From Bigelowiella natans CCMP2755 (taxonomy: Eukaryota > Protista > Cercozoa): DNA of 64,000 nucleotides. Numbering within the stretch: position 1 is the stretch's first letter; each line of letters opens with the position of its first letter. Below are positions 1-15,011 of this stretch, piece by piece. The notes under the pieces were generated by a model. That model had not been told where the DNA came from. It was given only the letters and a program-made list of their open reading frames with translations, and made no database searches. Location: contig ADNK01000862.1 in assembly GCA_000320545.1 (NCBI GenBank), positions 62,001-126,000 on the forward strand, read 5' to 3'. The translations under genes were made by a program, and so were the position numbers.

Positions 1-33
1 CTCTCCACTATTGTCTTCCATCCTGCTATATAG

Positions 34-932
34 GAGGGAGGTTCGCCAGGGCAGAAAATTCTGCACACGAAGGTACCGACAGCAATAAAAGTTAACAGGA
101 AGACACCAAACAGTGAGAGCATGAGGGACAGGGACCCGACTGGGGAAGGGGGGGGATAGGCAAATCACCTCACAAAAGTAGAATTTGAATCTGATCGAGC
201 ATCGCCCGCTTCTCACACACTGATTCCACGGAAATAGATATGTAAATCCTGCCAATGCCCGTTTTACTTAGGTATCTGCAGTGGAGCAAAAGCTACAGGA
301 CTTATCAGATGAGGTGAGGGCCAACGGAATAGTGCTTATTATGAGATTCATCGCTTTCTTCCAATTTGATTGTTCAACTTGCCAGCCGATTTCATTACTC
401 CTGGCGTTGCAATCGCCTTGCACTGTGTTGATTTTCGTCGTTATTGCTTGGTAGTTCTAACCGGGTAGCGTGGTGTCTTCCATCATCGTACTTAGGTGTC
501 TAGCGTAACATCGTTGCTTAGCATGAATATGGAAAGTGCAAAACGGAAGAGCGCTTTGGAGGACCAAGTAAATATCTCCAATAACTCGATCAAATTTGTC
601 ATCGAACGAAGAAAATATATATTATTATTATTATTATTATTATTATTTTATTTGTAGCATCCAGAAGATTCCTTCGTCGTTCATCATCACCATCATCATG
701 TATAATTCCCATCGTTTCCTCTCAAATCCCGTCTGCAGGTAGCGACTGCGCGCGAGGAGATAATGGCTTTGCAACACCGGCTCGACAACGTCACGGCCTA
801 TGCTGCGAAAGTCGTCCAAGAACAGAGCCAGATCGCTAGCGATTCGCTCCAAACACAATATAAATTCTTTGAAGATAGGTATGAGTGGTTGGATTTTGTG
901 CTGATAGTATATGTAAATGTCTTCAAACTCTG

Positions 933-970
<38 letters not shown>

Positions 971-1178
971 GTGTGTGGGGGGGGGGGGGGGGGGGGGGGG
1001 TATTGCATAATTTACTGACAACATTAATACACGTTCTCACTGCTTCTTCTTAATACGCAGCTATCGTGAGGCAGTGGGGGGCATTCGGCGCATGGAGGTC
1101 GCAATTGCGTCGTGAAAGACTATCGAACACGATATAGTTACAAATACATATGTCTACGGTGTATATGTTGCTTTTGTG

Positions 1179-1211
<33 letters not shown>

Positions 1212-1613
1212 ACACAGAGAAAGAGAGATTGGACGAGATTAACATGATATGTTCTTGTTTCCAGGCTAAGCTTGCGGGTTTCGTGGAGGATAGTTTCTCT
1301 CGACAGGTGCTCTGTCCATTCCAATCAACCTTGCGTAATCAAATGTACGTGGCGGCTGCTGCTGCTGCTGCTGCTAATACTCTGCTTGTGGTGTATTCTT
1401 TCTCTATTTCCTCTTGATAACTGACCATAACGCCGCAACAATGATAGGGTTCAGTGCACCGATGGATCGTAGGCGAGGAGGAGAGGGAGGGGAGACTGCT
1501 CGGGAGGAGTGCTGCTGCTGCTTCTTCGCAGTCCAACAATATACTTGATCTCGATAAAATCCCCTTCAACTCAGAAATGACGGTAGATTATTAGTCGTAG
1601 CTGTTGGTGTAGC

Positions 1614-1651
<38 letters not shown>

Positions 1652-2962
1652 TAGCAGTGGTGGGGGGGTGGTGAAATATGATATCCTGAGTGCAGATGAA
1701 TCATCGTCGGTGGATGTTGCCTAGAGGAGGAGGAAGCTTTCATAGCATTGCGAACGAATGCATGTGTGCGGCAGATATCGTGGCGCACGGAGTGCGGGTG
1801 TACTGGCATCGGTTTGGAGGTACGTTGGCCTTAAAAATAGAGGGGGGGGGGGGAGGGGGGAGAGAACGATGGATGAGCATATCGTAGAGGTTGGAGAGAA
1901 GCATTGATATTTGACCTCCTGCGGTACCTTCCTGTCGATTTTAGAACTTCAACATGATGATTATCGTGGCCATTATTCCCTATTACTATTCGTTCTACTC
2001 CTACGCACGTACTCTTCTTGTCATCCCATGTAATGAGATACTACGTGATGAAAGGCAATGAACTTGGTCTACCCCCTCTGGAAAGCTGGAGTCAAGATAT
2101 GGCTGAATAAGTGCGACAATGGATGCGACTTTGGCATGTCCCCAGAGCTTCAGAGAATGGTGGATGCAATGGACAAAACGGTAAAAACTACTATCGCTGC
2201 TGCTGCTGCTGTTGCCGCTCTGCTGCTTTCATAATTCCATCGCCATTTTCCTCTTCTCTCTCTTCAGCGTCCACAAGCAAAGGAAGCTCGATCCTCCTAC
2301 TATTACAGTTCTTCAAAGTCGTCAACGTGAGTGCAGAGTGTCGATCCTTTACCCCTGCGTCTACAGCGCACAGCCGCTATCTGTTAAACGAGATTGAGAC
2401 GAGAAATGCATTTTCACCATGTATGCATTGCAGCTCGCAGGGATATGTCTAATCAACTCGCAGCAGTATCGACCCATACCTCCACCTGCACGTGCGACTT
2501 AGTAGCCACGGCATTAGTGGAATTGTTGGGGGGGGGTGAGGGAACCCCACACACGCCGAATGAATGTCTTCAGATCCATGAGTATGGTTTTGTGCTGCAG
2601 GCCGCATGTCTACGATATCGTCGTGCTCCACATCGCATATGCAGGTAGTCAGTCTGGTGATGATGGCGGTGACGGTCATGATCGTAACAGAAGCCCAGGC
2701 ATCATCGATAATGCCATTTGGCATCGATTATGCCATTTAACACACACCAATAATGTCTAAGAGCACGTGCGTGCATATGCAGGATGTATGTGTGAGCGGT
2801 CATATAAAATGGGTGTGTATGTCGTGTGTGTGTTAACATGCGTCTTGCGACATGTTCCTGAGTAGTATCGCTATGTACGTCATCTATCAGGAATTTGCAG
2901 CACCAAAGACGACAGAGGCGATGGGTATTTATTGTGTTTATTCTACATTATTTCCATCTCTC

Positions 2963-2998
<36 letters not shown>

Positions 2999-3915
2999 TG
3001 TGTATATATATATATATCTATATGCATCTTTCTGTGTATGTCTGTGTGTGTGTCCATCGTAGGCATTATATCATCAGTCGATCGATGTATGAGGCTGATA
3101 CGATAAAGGTGAGAGTTGCTGTAGTGTGGACCCCCCCACTCTTATCTGTTAAAGAGCTGACGTTCATCACTCTTGCACAAATTTATTGATTCATAAACGA
3201 TCCTACTCGATTCTAATATCTATCTATCCGTCGTCTCCCTCCTCCTCCTCATATTATCAGCGAAGTGAGGTGGAGCGCTGCAATAGCGATAAGATAAATG
3301 AAGTGTGGGTTCCCACGGAATTCAATGTAATATTTTTGCTACTACTTACAACTGCTGGGATTGATGCTACTACTATCACACCGACGTGCACATGCCTCGT
3401 AAATGTGTGCGTTGTTGCCGATGATAGAAGAGGATGATTGGGAAAAGGATGAGTAGGAGGGATAATGAACCAAGAGCACACACACACACACACACACACA
3501 TACACATACACATAAACACGCACGAAAACACCAGCCTACGGAGAAGATATCCACCACTTAGAATACGCTTGTGTGCGTGTGGGGGGGGGGGGGGGGGGGA
3601 TCGTCCTCACTCCTCATTCTAATTATATATTCGAGCAATTGTTTTTGCTGGTTGGGTGCATGTAGCTTGACGTATTATCGGTCTTTTTGGTTGTTGCTGC
3701 TGTTATTGCTATATGTCGCTACTCCTGCGTGTTAATATGTGAAGGTTGACACGTTCACTAGCGCCGGTGTGCAACCGAGCAAACTCTTCCAGGTGAGTGA
3801 GAGTAGCGTATGATTCGTTCACGGAGCACGCAATGTCGTGCCGCACTCATACACGCACACGCCCTACGCATCGAATTGCTTCCTCCATATGGTACATTTC
3901 GAGCTGCATCCCTGG

Positions 3916-3955
<40 letters not shown>

Positions 3956-3969
3956 ACACACACACACAC

Positions 3970-4013
<44 letters not shown>

Positions 4014-4342
4014 AAACTTAGAATATTTTATGTACATGTTCTCATGTACGTTGTGTGTGTGTCTGTGTGCTTGTGGGTGTGTGTGCGTGTACGTGGCATG
4101 ATGTAAGGTGGGAGAAGGAATCGACATGTACGGCACTTGGAGTCCAGAAGCAGCAAAGGTGAGCGCGGATATGTGTGACGTGATGATAACGGCGGGGGGG
4201 GGGGGGGGGGAGAAGAGGAGGAGATGGTTATCATCGACTATAATCATCATGATTCTCGTAATAACCCCTCGGATTCGTATGCTATTTTGCTGCTGCTGCT
4301 GCTGCACACCTTCTTCTTCAACTCACTTGCGATTGTTGTTTC

Positions 4343-4374
<32 letters not shown>

Positions 4375-5123
4375 AGTAGTTGTAGTAGTAGTGTACACTT
4401 GACAACAAAAACCAATCCCCGCATGTTGGTTGATGTATGCATGTGCGTGTGACGTCAGAGCATCGAGGCAGACGTCATGGCCAAACTCGGAATCAATGGC
4501 ACGGTATGAACATATTACCAAAGATACGCATCATGATATAGCATATTGTTACGACCCAATGTTGCCTCTCTTTCTCACTTTCCCTACTCCTTTTCCTCAC
4601 TTTGAATTATAATATGCAATGTGCTATATTTACTTATTCCACACCCTCCTTCGCCTTCCCCCCCCACCCCCCCTCAGAAAGCGGGATGGAACCTGATGTC
4701 GCTATTCAAATTTGAGCGGAGGAAAAACTGGAAGGTGGGGAGATATTGACGTCAGAACTATGGAGCTGTAATAATGTGAAGCATGGGATAACGAGGAGGA
4801 GGAGGACAAGAGCGCGAGAATTTACCATAGCATGCTTCAAAGACAACGCACATGTTTGGGATTTTGCATATTCCGTCGTCGCATCATCATCATCATCATC
4901 ATCATCATCGTCGTCGTCATCATCGTCATGGACTAAGTGTGCGTATATATGCTGCTTCAGGGCCTTCTGCGCGCGTACCTAACCGAGTTCAACAAGAAGG
5001 TAGAGGAGACAACAACAGCAGCTCTTCACACGTCGTTAAGAGTGCCCTGCATTCATTATTACGATGTATATGATATGTGCGAGGGCGACTCCAATATTAC
5101 ACGTATACGACACGATCGCAATA

Positions 5124-5156
<33 letters not shown>

Positions 5157-5646
5157 ACATTAGGATGACATTTGCTTTTACCTGAAAACCCATGAAGGCT
5201 GGGAGGTGATATCCAACAACTAACTCCTCTTCCAAAATATAATGATAATAATAATAACTACTGCACGGATAGTTGATGATATTCGCTCACTATAACCGTG
5301 CCTCCTTCTGCTCCTCCTCTTCCTCCTCTCTCCTGCTGCCATCCGGCTCATTCTTACCCCCTCCTCTCTCTCTCTCTCATTATTCTCTTCTTCCTCTTCC
5401 TCCGCCCCTCTTTCATCACTCATCCATAGGGCAACCCGGAAAAATGGATAAAGCAATACCTGCGCGAGCTCATAAGTGAAAAAGTCATCAATGCGAAGCA
5501 GCTACCATGCATCTTCCTCGTGGACTCCATGATCGATGCCGAGGTATGTACGATCTCCATTCCTCATCAAATAGTGGTTAGTGAGTGAAGAAGGCACCAG
5601 CCCCCTGCAAATAGGGTGTGGTAGAGCGCTGGGTGCTCCTCCCACC

Positions 5647-5694
<48 letters not shown>

Positions 5695-5814
5695 GAATAG
5701 TGAGTCACTATTTCCTTACCACACAAAACGACTTTTACCACGCAGCTTCTGCCTAAGTTCTTTGGCGAGATGGACGCGTTCGTGCTCCCAAGCCATGCCG
5801 AAGGGTAGTAGATA

Positions 5815-5848
<34 letters not shown>

Positions 5849-6504
5849 GCTCTAACTATGCGAGAAGAAAACACGCACACACGCACGCACATGCTCGAGG
5901 GGAGGCACCCCGCCATCGTATCCCACAACGACGAATGGCAAAAAGAATGCGTAGCAGTTGAAGATTTCCAATGATCGCGATATCAGTTTGCTTTTTCCCA
6001 TCCTATTTTCTCTCCTGCCTATAGATGGGGTCTACCGGTACTTGAGGCAATGGCTATGGAGCTCCCCGTAGCGGTATGGTTGATGAGTTAAGGGTAGAGG
6101 GAAATATATGAGGAGGAGGAGGAGGAGGAGGGGGGGGGGGGAAGCGATCCTTCGAAGCTTTAAGCATATCATAAGCATATCAAAAGCATAAAACCCGACA
6201 ACTCAAACGTTAAACAAAAACGACAATCACAACCAGGTGACGGATTGGGGCGGCGTCACGCAGTTCTCGAGCGGTAGTTATCTTGATGTGTATACGCTAG
6301 AAGTCTGCTTCCATCAGAATAACTCGCTGCTACCTTTTCTCGCATCTCTCTTCCTCCCCCTTAGGTTACTCCGCTCATGATAGGAGTCATCGTGACGAAT
6401 GGGGACGATTTACCGGGGGCTATGCGATTAGAGTTGAGCGCCTTGAGCCGGTGCTTATTATTATTGCGGGTGGCGCGCGTGAGAGTAAGCGAGGCAGGAA
6501 AGAT

Positions 6505-6545
<41 letters not shown>

Positions 6546-7170
6546 ACCCCGAAAGCGTATGGCGGTGCTAACGCCATCAAACTTGCTTTGTATGTGAATG
6601 ATGTCAATCAATAGAGACATCTCCATCTTTTGATTCTAGTTATTTACGTAACTACCTTCTCTTTCTCTCTCTCTCTCCCTCTCTCTCTCATACGCACACA
6701 TACATCTGAACGTACGCATACATACGTATATACATAACTATCTTTCCGATGATGTGGATGAATATGAAAAAAGGCATTTGATGGAAATGGGGCGGGAAAC
6801 TGGGCCGTTCCGAGCGTCTCTCACCTAAAATCCATATTGCGGCACATGTATGAGCACCAAATGGAGGCACGCGAGTCAGGAAAGCTGGGAAGACAGCGTG
6901 CGTTGAGGTTTGTGTGAGATCATGTACATGACGAAAGACGATAGACGATTTGCTTGCCATATATTTGGTGAATTCTCCACCATCATCCCAAGTCATCACC
7001 GCTACTTGCTGCACAATAACGAAATCCTGATGGTTCTACGTCGTGTCCTTGTGGGACTGTGTGGCAGATTTGATAGGAATGCAGTCTCGGCTCGTGTGCT
7101 GAGGAACTTTAATGAGATCTATGAGGGACATATAGCTCCGAAGAAGGCACTCCAGCTGAAAAAGAAATAG
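34..7170 (+). CDS. Glycosyltransferase family 4 (GT-B fold) protein with N-terminal coiled-coil stalk; multi-exon, 5' end outside window
   Basis: Spliced exons read YIISRSMYEADT (~3065), ERCNSDKINEVWVPTEFN (~3270), SLFKFERRKNWK|GLLRAYLTEF (4700-4990), DAFVLPSHAEG|WGLPVLEAMAMELPVA|VTDWGG (5770-6255; GT4 E-x7-E motif), WAVPSVSHLKSILRHMY (~6800), ending ...ALQLKKK-TAG at 7168-7170. Confidence 0.88.
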
Positions 7171-7369
7171 CGTTGGGTGGAGGGCCTGGCAGCTAGTCGC
7201 ATTCACTTTAGACACCGCCACTACCCCGCTAACAACCTTTGAAGAAGACAACTATTAACCTGTTTTGATCACGGAATAAGTGAAGACTGGAATAATTAAT
7301 GTCAGCGCCTCACGAAGAAAAAAGGTGCGCTGGCACTTGTGTGGCGACTGTGCGACCTTCTTTAGCGCC

Positions 7370-8110
7370 TAATTTTAGATGTGCGCGATTCATGCCTAGC
7401 TGTCGCCTAGATCGTCTTGATCATACGATCTGTCCAGCAAAATGTCATGTACGCGTAGCTAGATGTGCATCGATCATGCACGCTCACGCTACGCAACATT
7501 GCAAAAAAATGTAGCAACATCTAGAACATCTGAAACGTTATTACACGCGTACGCATGAAATGTAGTCTCAATGTCCATCTGGATACTGTGTAGCTGGTAG
7601 CTGCTAGGCTGGGCAACATCACTTCTATGTTTAGAGCTATCTAGCTATTCGGGGGTTCATTTATCACATGGCATATGTCATGATCTTGATGATGTGCACT
7701 ACGTAGGTGCTAAACTTGCTTGCGTGATAGATGCATGTACAGGCCCAAAGGCATCTCTAGATCTCTAGCAAGTGTCTCAGATGTGCCTAGCAGCAGACAT
7801 CTAAGTGTGTGCACATCTAGATATATCTAGTATACATACTCTAGCTAGCTAGCTAGCTAGTCTAGTAGTGCTCGCGTGTGCTGGCAACAGCTAAATCTAG
7901 GAATGTGTATAGCGCAAAATAATGACATGGCAGTTATACTAGTCTAGGTTAAAGATTCCCAGATCTAGTCATCGTACAGCCCCTTTATAATAGGCTGCAC
8001 GTCTCGAATCTGTACAGCACAATACTTATTTTATACGTAGCACATGCATGCTAGCATGGCGTTATGCAATGCCAAGAACTATGAGCATGTAAGCTAATGA
8101 CTATTAACAT
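7370..8110. repeat. CTAG/CATG/AGCT-rich low-complexity intergenic tract between convergent 3' ends
   Basis: Dense short palindromes, e.g. ctagctagctagctagctag at 7841-7860; no credible coding exon. Confidence 0.6.
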
Positions 8111-8381
8111 AAACTCTCATACGGTCTTGTTGATCATAAATTGTAACTACGGCTTATCGCGTGTATTGTAGCAATGAATACGCACTTATGCATTGTTGAG
8201 CTTGTGGTTACTCATGACCTGGAATCAAACTACTTGCGAACTAGCTGACGACGAAGCCGTGATGTGACTCTTCATCACACAGAAGACTAATTTAGATACT
8301 GATAAATGACATATATATATTAAATGATCCTATAGTAGTAGCAGTTGTATAACTGTGGCTGGTAAAAATTGAGAAGTGCCG

Positions 8382-9330
8382 TTATTGTTTTGCTGGTACC
8401 AGGAACATATCCAGCAAGCTTTCATTTTCTTTTTTCGACTCCGTCACTTTAGCTGGGGCAGATTTTTCGCCTGATCCCCAAACAGAGGCTGTATATACAC
8501 ATAATTTCATTAAACTGGAAAAAGCGCTCGATTAACATAACTTCTTAACCCTTACCTAGTTCGGCCGCTGATTGCTTCTCCAAGGTTGTCTGTTGCGTCG
8601 GAGTCGAGGAATCCTTGGTTTCTACCATTTCAGCAAGGTTCAAGACATCTTCTGTGTTAACTTTTGGCGACTGCTTCTTCGGGGTATCCGTAATCGTGGA
8701 TTTTTGGGGCTCTTGCTGGGTGCTCATTTTATTCTGGAAGGAAGGAAGCACAAAACGCTGAGATCGGAACATACGACGAACGTACGAAAACATAACACAT
8801 ATACCCTTCTAACCTACAGATTCACCACTAGCGACCGAGCTAATCTAATTTCTGTCGCTTCTCCACAGACCTTTGGCTTCTTTTGGAGTAAGTGTGCGTG
8901 CGGTAGGGTTAGGCGTGTCTTCGTTTGTGCGTTTGGGTTCTGTGAATTCCCGGCGAGAAAAGAAAAACATAGAATGCCGGGGATATTTCTCGCTATTTCC
9001 GTAATGATGTCTGTCGCAAGGAGGAATATTAGTCGTACAAATGTTCCTGGGAGAATTTGTCACCCCCCCCCTCCCTTTCAGCCGTCCGTCGTAGAAACAG
9101 AGGTAGTTTTACCTTGTCTTGTCAAATACATTAAAGTCGCGAGGCACTAACCTAGTGCGAGTGACATCAAGTGACTCACAAAAACGTCCTTTTCAGTTGT
9201 TGACACAACCAAGTTACCGGTAGTTACGAGTACCTCCCATTGAGTCATTGATTCAGAAAGGATCGATAAAGGCCTTATATTTCCATGCTGCGACAACAAC
9301 ATTGTAAGGCACCCGGTTAACACCGGTAAG
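8382..9330 (-). CDS. Hypothetical hydrophilic protein, multi-exon; 5' end unresolved
   Basis: Exon ...STQQEPQKSTITDTPKKQ...AAEL|G (donor gtaagg ~8554) splices in frame to ASVWGSGEKSAPAKVTESKKENESLLDMFLVPAKQ-TAA (8382-8384). Further exon-like segments at ~8820-8940 and ~9180-9320. Confidence 0.45.
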
Positions 9331-9378
9331 AGTTGATGATGATGCTCTAATGACGCCCAGCTAGCCAGACGAAGAAGA

Positions 9379-9490
9379 ATGGACGCAGGAGCTAGCAAGA
9401 AAGTCTGGGAATCTGTGAAAAACACTGACCTCATTGCACTGAAGCGTTTGATTGAGGAAAAGGCAGACATTGAACAGAGGGATGACAAGG
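9379..9490 (+). pseudogene. Ankyrin-repeat-like gene 5' fragment
   Basis: ATG 9379: MDAGASKKVWESVKNTDLIALKRLIEEKADIEQRDDKG resembles the second helix and 'ADVNxxDxxG' linker of an ankyrin repeat. No continuation is found downstream. Confidence 0.5.
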
Positions 9491-10761
9491 GCGAGTTTAG
9501 TGGGAAAGGAAAGGGTTAGCGACACTTGATGCGACGACGGATTTTGGAAAGGGTTGAAGTCTGGGTGAACGGGCCAGGGAATGCCATGAAGAAAGGAAAT
9601 TTAATGATGAGGGCGAAGATGATGGTTTGATGAAGAATCATGAGGATGACAATGGAGCGAGATTGATGAAATTCTGAAAATGAAAACGGGACTTTCCCAT
9701 CATTTCTACATGTGCATTGAATTTTGTGGTGTTCGATCTGATGCAAGTTTTGTTGCATCGTTAATATCCTAGTTTACCGCAGGAGTGTTCGAGTCTAAAC
9801 GATGCTAACGTCATTGGAAAGAAACCGCATTACTTGGTCGGCTTGTCAAATGAATGGATGACTACACGGTGTTTCGTCGAAGATGTCAAAAATTGAACAT
9901 TAAGAACGCAATGAAGTTGACTGAAATGTCTAGACGTGCAGCACGTGCTAGCGTGTTGTCGTTCATTGATCGAAGATGGCTCGCTAATCGATGTCGATCA
10001 AAACAAATGAGTCATGTCGGGAGCAATGCTAGAGTGTGAACCGCGCACGTTCACAACCCATGGCTGGTGATGCTGGAATGGAGCCAGCAGACAGGCCAGA
10101 TGGTGACACATGCGAACACGCGTGCGATGCATGCACCTGCCACGCTAGCACGGCAGGTGCGTTTAGATGTTTAGATGTGCATCATTGTAGATCAATGGAT
10201 CGAATGGCGGATGGCATTTTTACCTTTGCATCAATGATCTCGCCTGCACCCATCTAGTCATACACAATGCTAGAATGCATTAATGCTAGAATGGCTGCGG
10301 CTCTAGAGCAAGCTAGCTGATGCTCACCACTAGCACACATCTTGTTTGATCTAGCTAGTGTGTCATAATCAACACATCGCTAGCTGGCAGCTAGAAGAGA
10401 TCGATGCGTGGCACACATCATGCACACCAAGTACAAGTGCATGTGTCATGTGCGATGCTGAGCAGTGTTGCGACGTGCACATGCGTGATTGAGCTGCTGA
10501 AGCAGCATGTTAATCCCAGCATCGTCTCATTGACAATTGCACAGCTATGATCATGGACAACTCTAGTCTGTTCATAGTGAAACGTGCAGTCTAGTCATGT
10601 TAGTGTGTGTGCCGTCTAGCCGTGCACGTGCGAAAAAAATCGAGGGTAGATCCCTTCATCGCGAAATACTAAATCAAGGCTTGTCATCGTCATGCTAGAG
10701 TTGCAACAAAAATCAATCAGAATCAAGATTTCGCTTAGATTACTCGTGAAACTTGGTGTCA

Positions 10762-11524
10762 CTACTCCACTCCTTTCTGCTTCAAAAATGCATCCTCGTT
10801 CGGTTCTCTACCCAAAAAGTCCTTCAGCAGGATATTTGCGTCCTGGGTGCCTCCTTTACCTGTAACATGCAAATCGTAAGAGGAAATGGAATTGAAACAC
10901 AACACTAGATTGACGATTGTACTTGCCCTTTTTTTTTTAATGCTTATGCGTATTTATCATCATATATATTACCAATAATCTTGCTGCGGTATTCCATGCC
11001 AACCTTAGGATTCATAATGCCTTCTTTCTCGAATCTGCAACATAAACACAAATCACACACAAATCAGATGTCTCCCGAGATATTGTTATGCCACAACTCC
11101 GTACTACTGACCTCGAGGTAAACATATCAGCGCTGAAGACTTCGGCCCACATGTAGCCGTAATAACGTGCATCGTATCCTATTGATGATGACGATGGCGA
11201 TGATTAATCTTGATGAATGTGTGTGCAAGGTGTTGAAGGGAAAATCTAAGCCCATCATGCTGCAATAATTCATGTCTTGGATGGTGGATCATCATAATCC
11301 CCATCCTCCTATGTCTCCGCATTTCATTAATTATTGCTGTTGTCGTCGTCGTCGTTATCGTCGTTTTAATTGTGGCCTACTAACCTCCCATTAGATGGGC
11401 GAAGCTAGCAGCGGGGTTGGCTCCTGCAGCAAGAAGAAACCGCACCGAACGATTATAACACAGGATGTGAGAATGAGAATGATGATGATGATGAGGATAG
11501 TGGCGATAGAGAGATAGATAGATT

Positions 11525-11555
<31 letters not shown>

Positions 11556-11666
11556 GTGTGATCCCTGATTGTTTTTACCTGGGATTAGATCAATACCCAT
11601 AAGATCCTTCCAGAATTTTCGAAATTCCTATCGCGTGCATTATCAACCAGAAAGCCAAAAAGCACC

Positions 11667-11742
<76 letters not shown>

Positions 11743-12847
11743 ATACATATGTACATTTATATTATACTACAGAGGAGTAGGAAGGAAGAAATCTAGTAGG
11801 AACGCTGCTGCTGTCTATGATTACATACCTCTTCGGTATTGGCCTCGGGTTTGGAGTGAATTGACAAGTCGAACAGTCCAAAAGTCAACTTAAGGAGAAA
11901 TATGAATCAACGCGAGGAGTAGATAGATAGATGTCAATGCATGCACGGATCGAGTTTGAAAAAGGAAAATCGTGACGAAATAATAACCTTTGTGCGTGCG
12001 CGTGTAAGGTATGTGCTATACCTGTCTTTGGTTGAAGAGGCCGACGTTTGCGAGGCGCGACTTGATCAGCTTTTCGAGGAGGTCATCGGGGATCGGTTTA
12101 CCATCGATCTGTGTGCCGGGTAGGTGGAGGCAAGAATAAGGAACGACCGCGGGAAAGAGATTAATCATGCACACAAACATACACACACAAGTGGAGAGAG
12201 AGAGAGAGAGCGACTGAGGAAAGAGTTTGGGAGTGAGTGAGAAAATAGTAAGACGATTTTTATTTTAGAAATATGGCCTCATTATCATCATCATCATTCT
12301 CAGCCCTATATGAAACTCCCATCCTACCTTTGCCGACATCTTTAGAATTGCCTCTTTCTTCCAGCACCTATTATTGTTGGAAGCAGAACAAGCATCATCG
12401 AGGAAGTGATTGCAACGAGATAAACGGGTACGGTGGTAATGAGGATGATATTCGGATCAATCGAAACATGGCGTTGGAACTGATATAGTTTCGCTGAAGT
12501 GTTGTTGTTGTTCTTGTCTTCTGCATTTTTGGTCAACCAGTTCTCGAGCATCTGACTTGGAGCTTCGACGAAGTCCCTACATGATGACGAGTACAACCAG
12601 AGAATAGCGTTCTCACATGCATGCACAAAGAAAGAGGGGGATAGAGAAATGGGGGGGGGGAGCACGGAGGCACGCGTCTGCGTAGCGCGATAGAAGATGA
12701 TGCACATGTGTAAAATTTATTCAGCTTTGTTTACCGTTCCACACGGGTGCCAGCAAAGTCCACCTGCGTGTATGTCAGTCATGTGGGTAAGTGAAAGGGA
12801 GAAAGAAAGAGAGAGAAAGAGAGAGGGGGGGGGGGGGGGGGTAGATA

Positions 12848-12891
<44 letters not shown>

Positions 12892-13087
12892 TTTACCAGT
12901 TTCGTGTTGGAGCAGATCTGATGCATAACGTGCCCGAACTCGTGAAAGAATGTCACAACCTAATATTATTGTAAATAATAATAATAATAATAATAACAAT
13001 TATGGTTTGGTTTATGACATGAGATATTAGCTGTAAAGATGATGACAGTGGATGCGAACAATATTAGCCCTTAACGAAGATTCATCT

Positions 13088-13134
<47 letters not shown>

Positions 13135-13176
13135 TTCTCTGTCTCACAATTCTTTCTTTGTTTTCATCATCGTCAT

Positions 13177-13212
<36 letters not shown>

Positions 13213-13836
13213 GGATGCCTATTCGTAAGGTGGTAATGATGCTACCTCATCATGAGTCAGACAAGACTTCTCTGTCTCAGTCGGTTTGGTGAAATTCGCG
13301 ATCTATGTGTTTATTGAAGACCACCCCGAACAGGACAGCGGTAAATAATAATGATGATGATGATGATGATGATGACAAATACAGCAGCGCAACATCTTGT
13401 TTTGCATTTATGATTCGCATTTGCGTTACGATTTGTTCGTTTTTTTTTTGCGTGATCTATCTATCGGCACCATTGCTGCTGAAGGGTGCTGCACAGGATA
13501 TCTGATTAAGAGGGAGACGGGAAATCAGTAAAGAGTTGGCGAGTAACCAAGTGCGTGCGTGTGTGTGTGTGATGCATAAGCATTTCGTTCGATACTGTAT
13601 CATATGTTCCATGAATCATCGTTAAGTCGCAGGAGCTGCGAACACGTACTTATGGTCATTGTTAAAGGAAAGTCCGCTAGCAGCCTGAAGTCCCATGCAG
13701 CATGCATGCCCATATTTGCCTGATATAGGTCAGCAGCACCACCAGGATATCAACAATAACGGATAATCTCACATGCACGCAGTTGTAGATGAACTTGAGC
13801 ATTTCCTCATGAGGGAGGGAAGCAGCCCAAAGAGAG

Positions 13837-13881
<45 letters not shown>

Positions 13882-14007
13882 ATTAAAAACCTGGACGTGG
13901 GTGGAGATCAAGGTAGAAGCTTCCTACAAAATCGCCAGATTTCGCATCCGAGACCTCGAACAACCTGTGCATGTGTGCATATGTGTGCATGTGTGCATGT
14001 GTGTGTG

Positions 14008-14052
<45 letters not shown>

Positions 14053-14143
14053 ACGATATAGAAGCGAACCTCACATCCTGATGCCAGGCCTGAGCGTCTT
14101 CCTGTGCAATTAGTAGAAAGGTGCATTTAGTGAGACAGCATAA

Positions 14144-14216
<73 letters not shown>

Positions 14217-14592
14217 CCATGAATAATTATCACGCTTCCTATCAATTGCCTTCTCAGTAAACATCAATCCCAGGAGAACTTGGTAGATCTCGAGCATTCC
14301 TGCATGTGAGCATGATGGTGATGATTATGATGATAATAAAGGTCACAATGGCAATCACAGAATAGTCTCTAGGCTAAACACCCCATTCTTATTTTCTTGT
14401 TCAAATCCATGCTGCTGCTAGCATTTCACATCTACTCTCCCCACGCCGTCCACCCACCCTTTTCAACAACATCGAGCGGGAAATATGGCTTCAGAGCGTT
14501 CTTGTCGATTTTGAATTCGCGCTCCTCTCTGCGTATTCATGCAAACAAGTTATTGTCGTGTCCATAGATAGATAGCAGTAGCAGTAGCAGTA

Positions 14593-14661
<69 letters not shown>

Positions 14662-14937
14662 GGAGAGGGAGAGAAGAGATCCACCAAAAGTACCTAAGAC
14701 GTGTGTAGAATCGATAGTCCCAATCCTCAATACTTCCCGCTTCTTTGCCTTCATAATACAGAGTGTTGTTTATGTGTGTACTTACGCGCAGGCTCTTTCG
14801 GCCACAACGTTGGTAGTGTTTTTGGGGGATTACCTTCCAACTCCTTCTTTAATACGAGCATTTCCTACAGAGTAGTATTTGTTACAAATGCAAGAAAATG
14901 TACTCATCACACCCTAGATTCATAAGAAGATAACATA

Positions 14938-15011
<74 letters not shown>

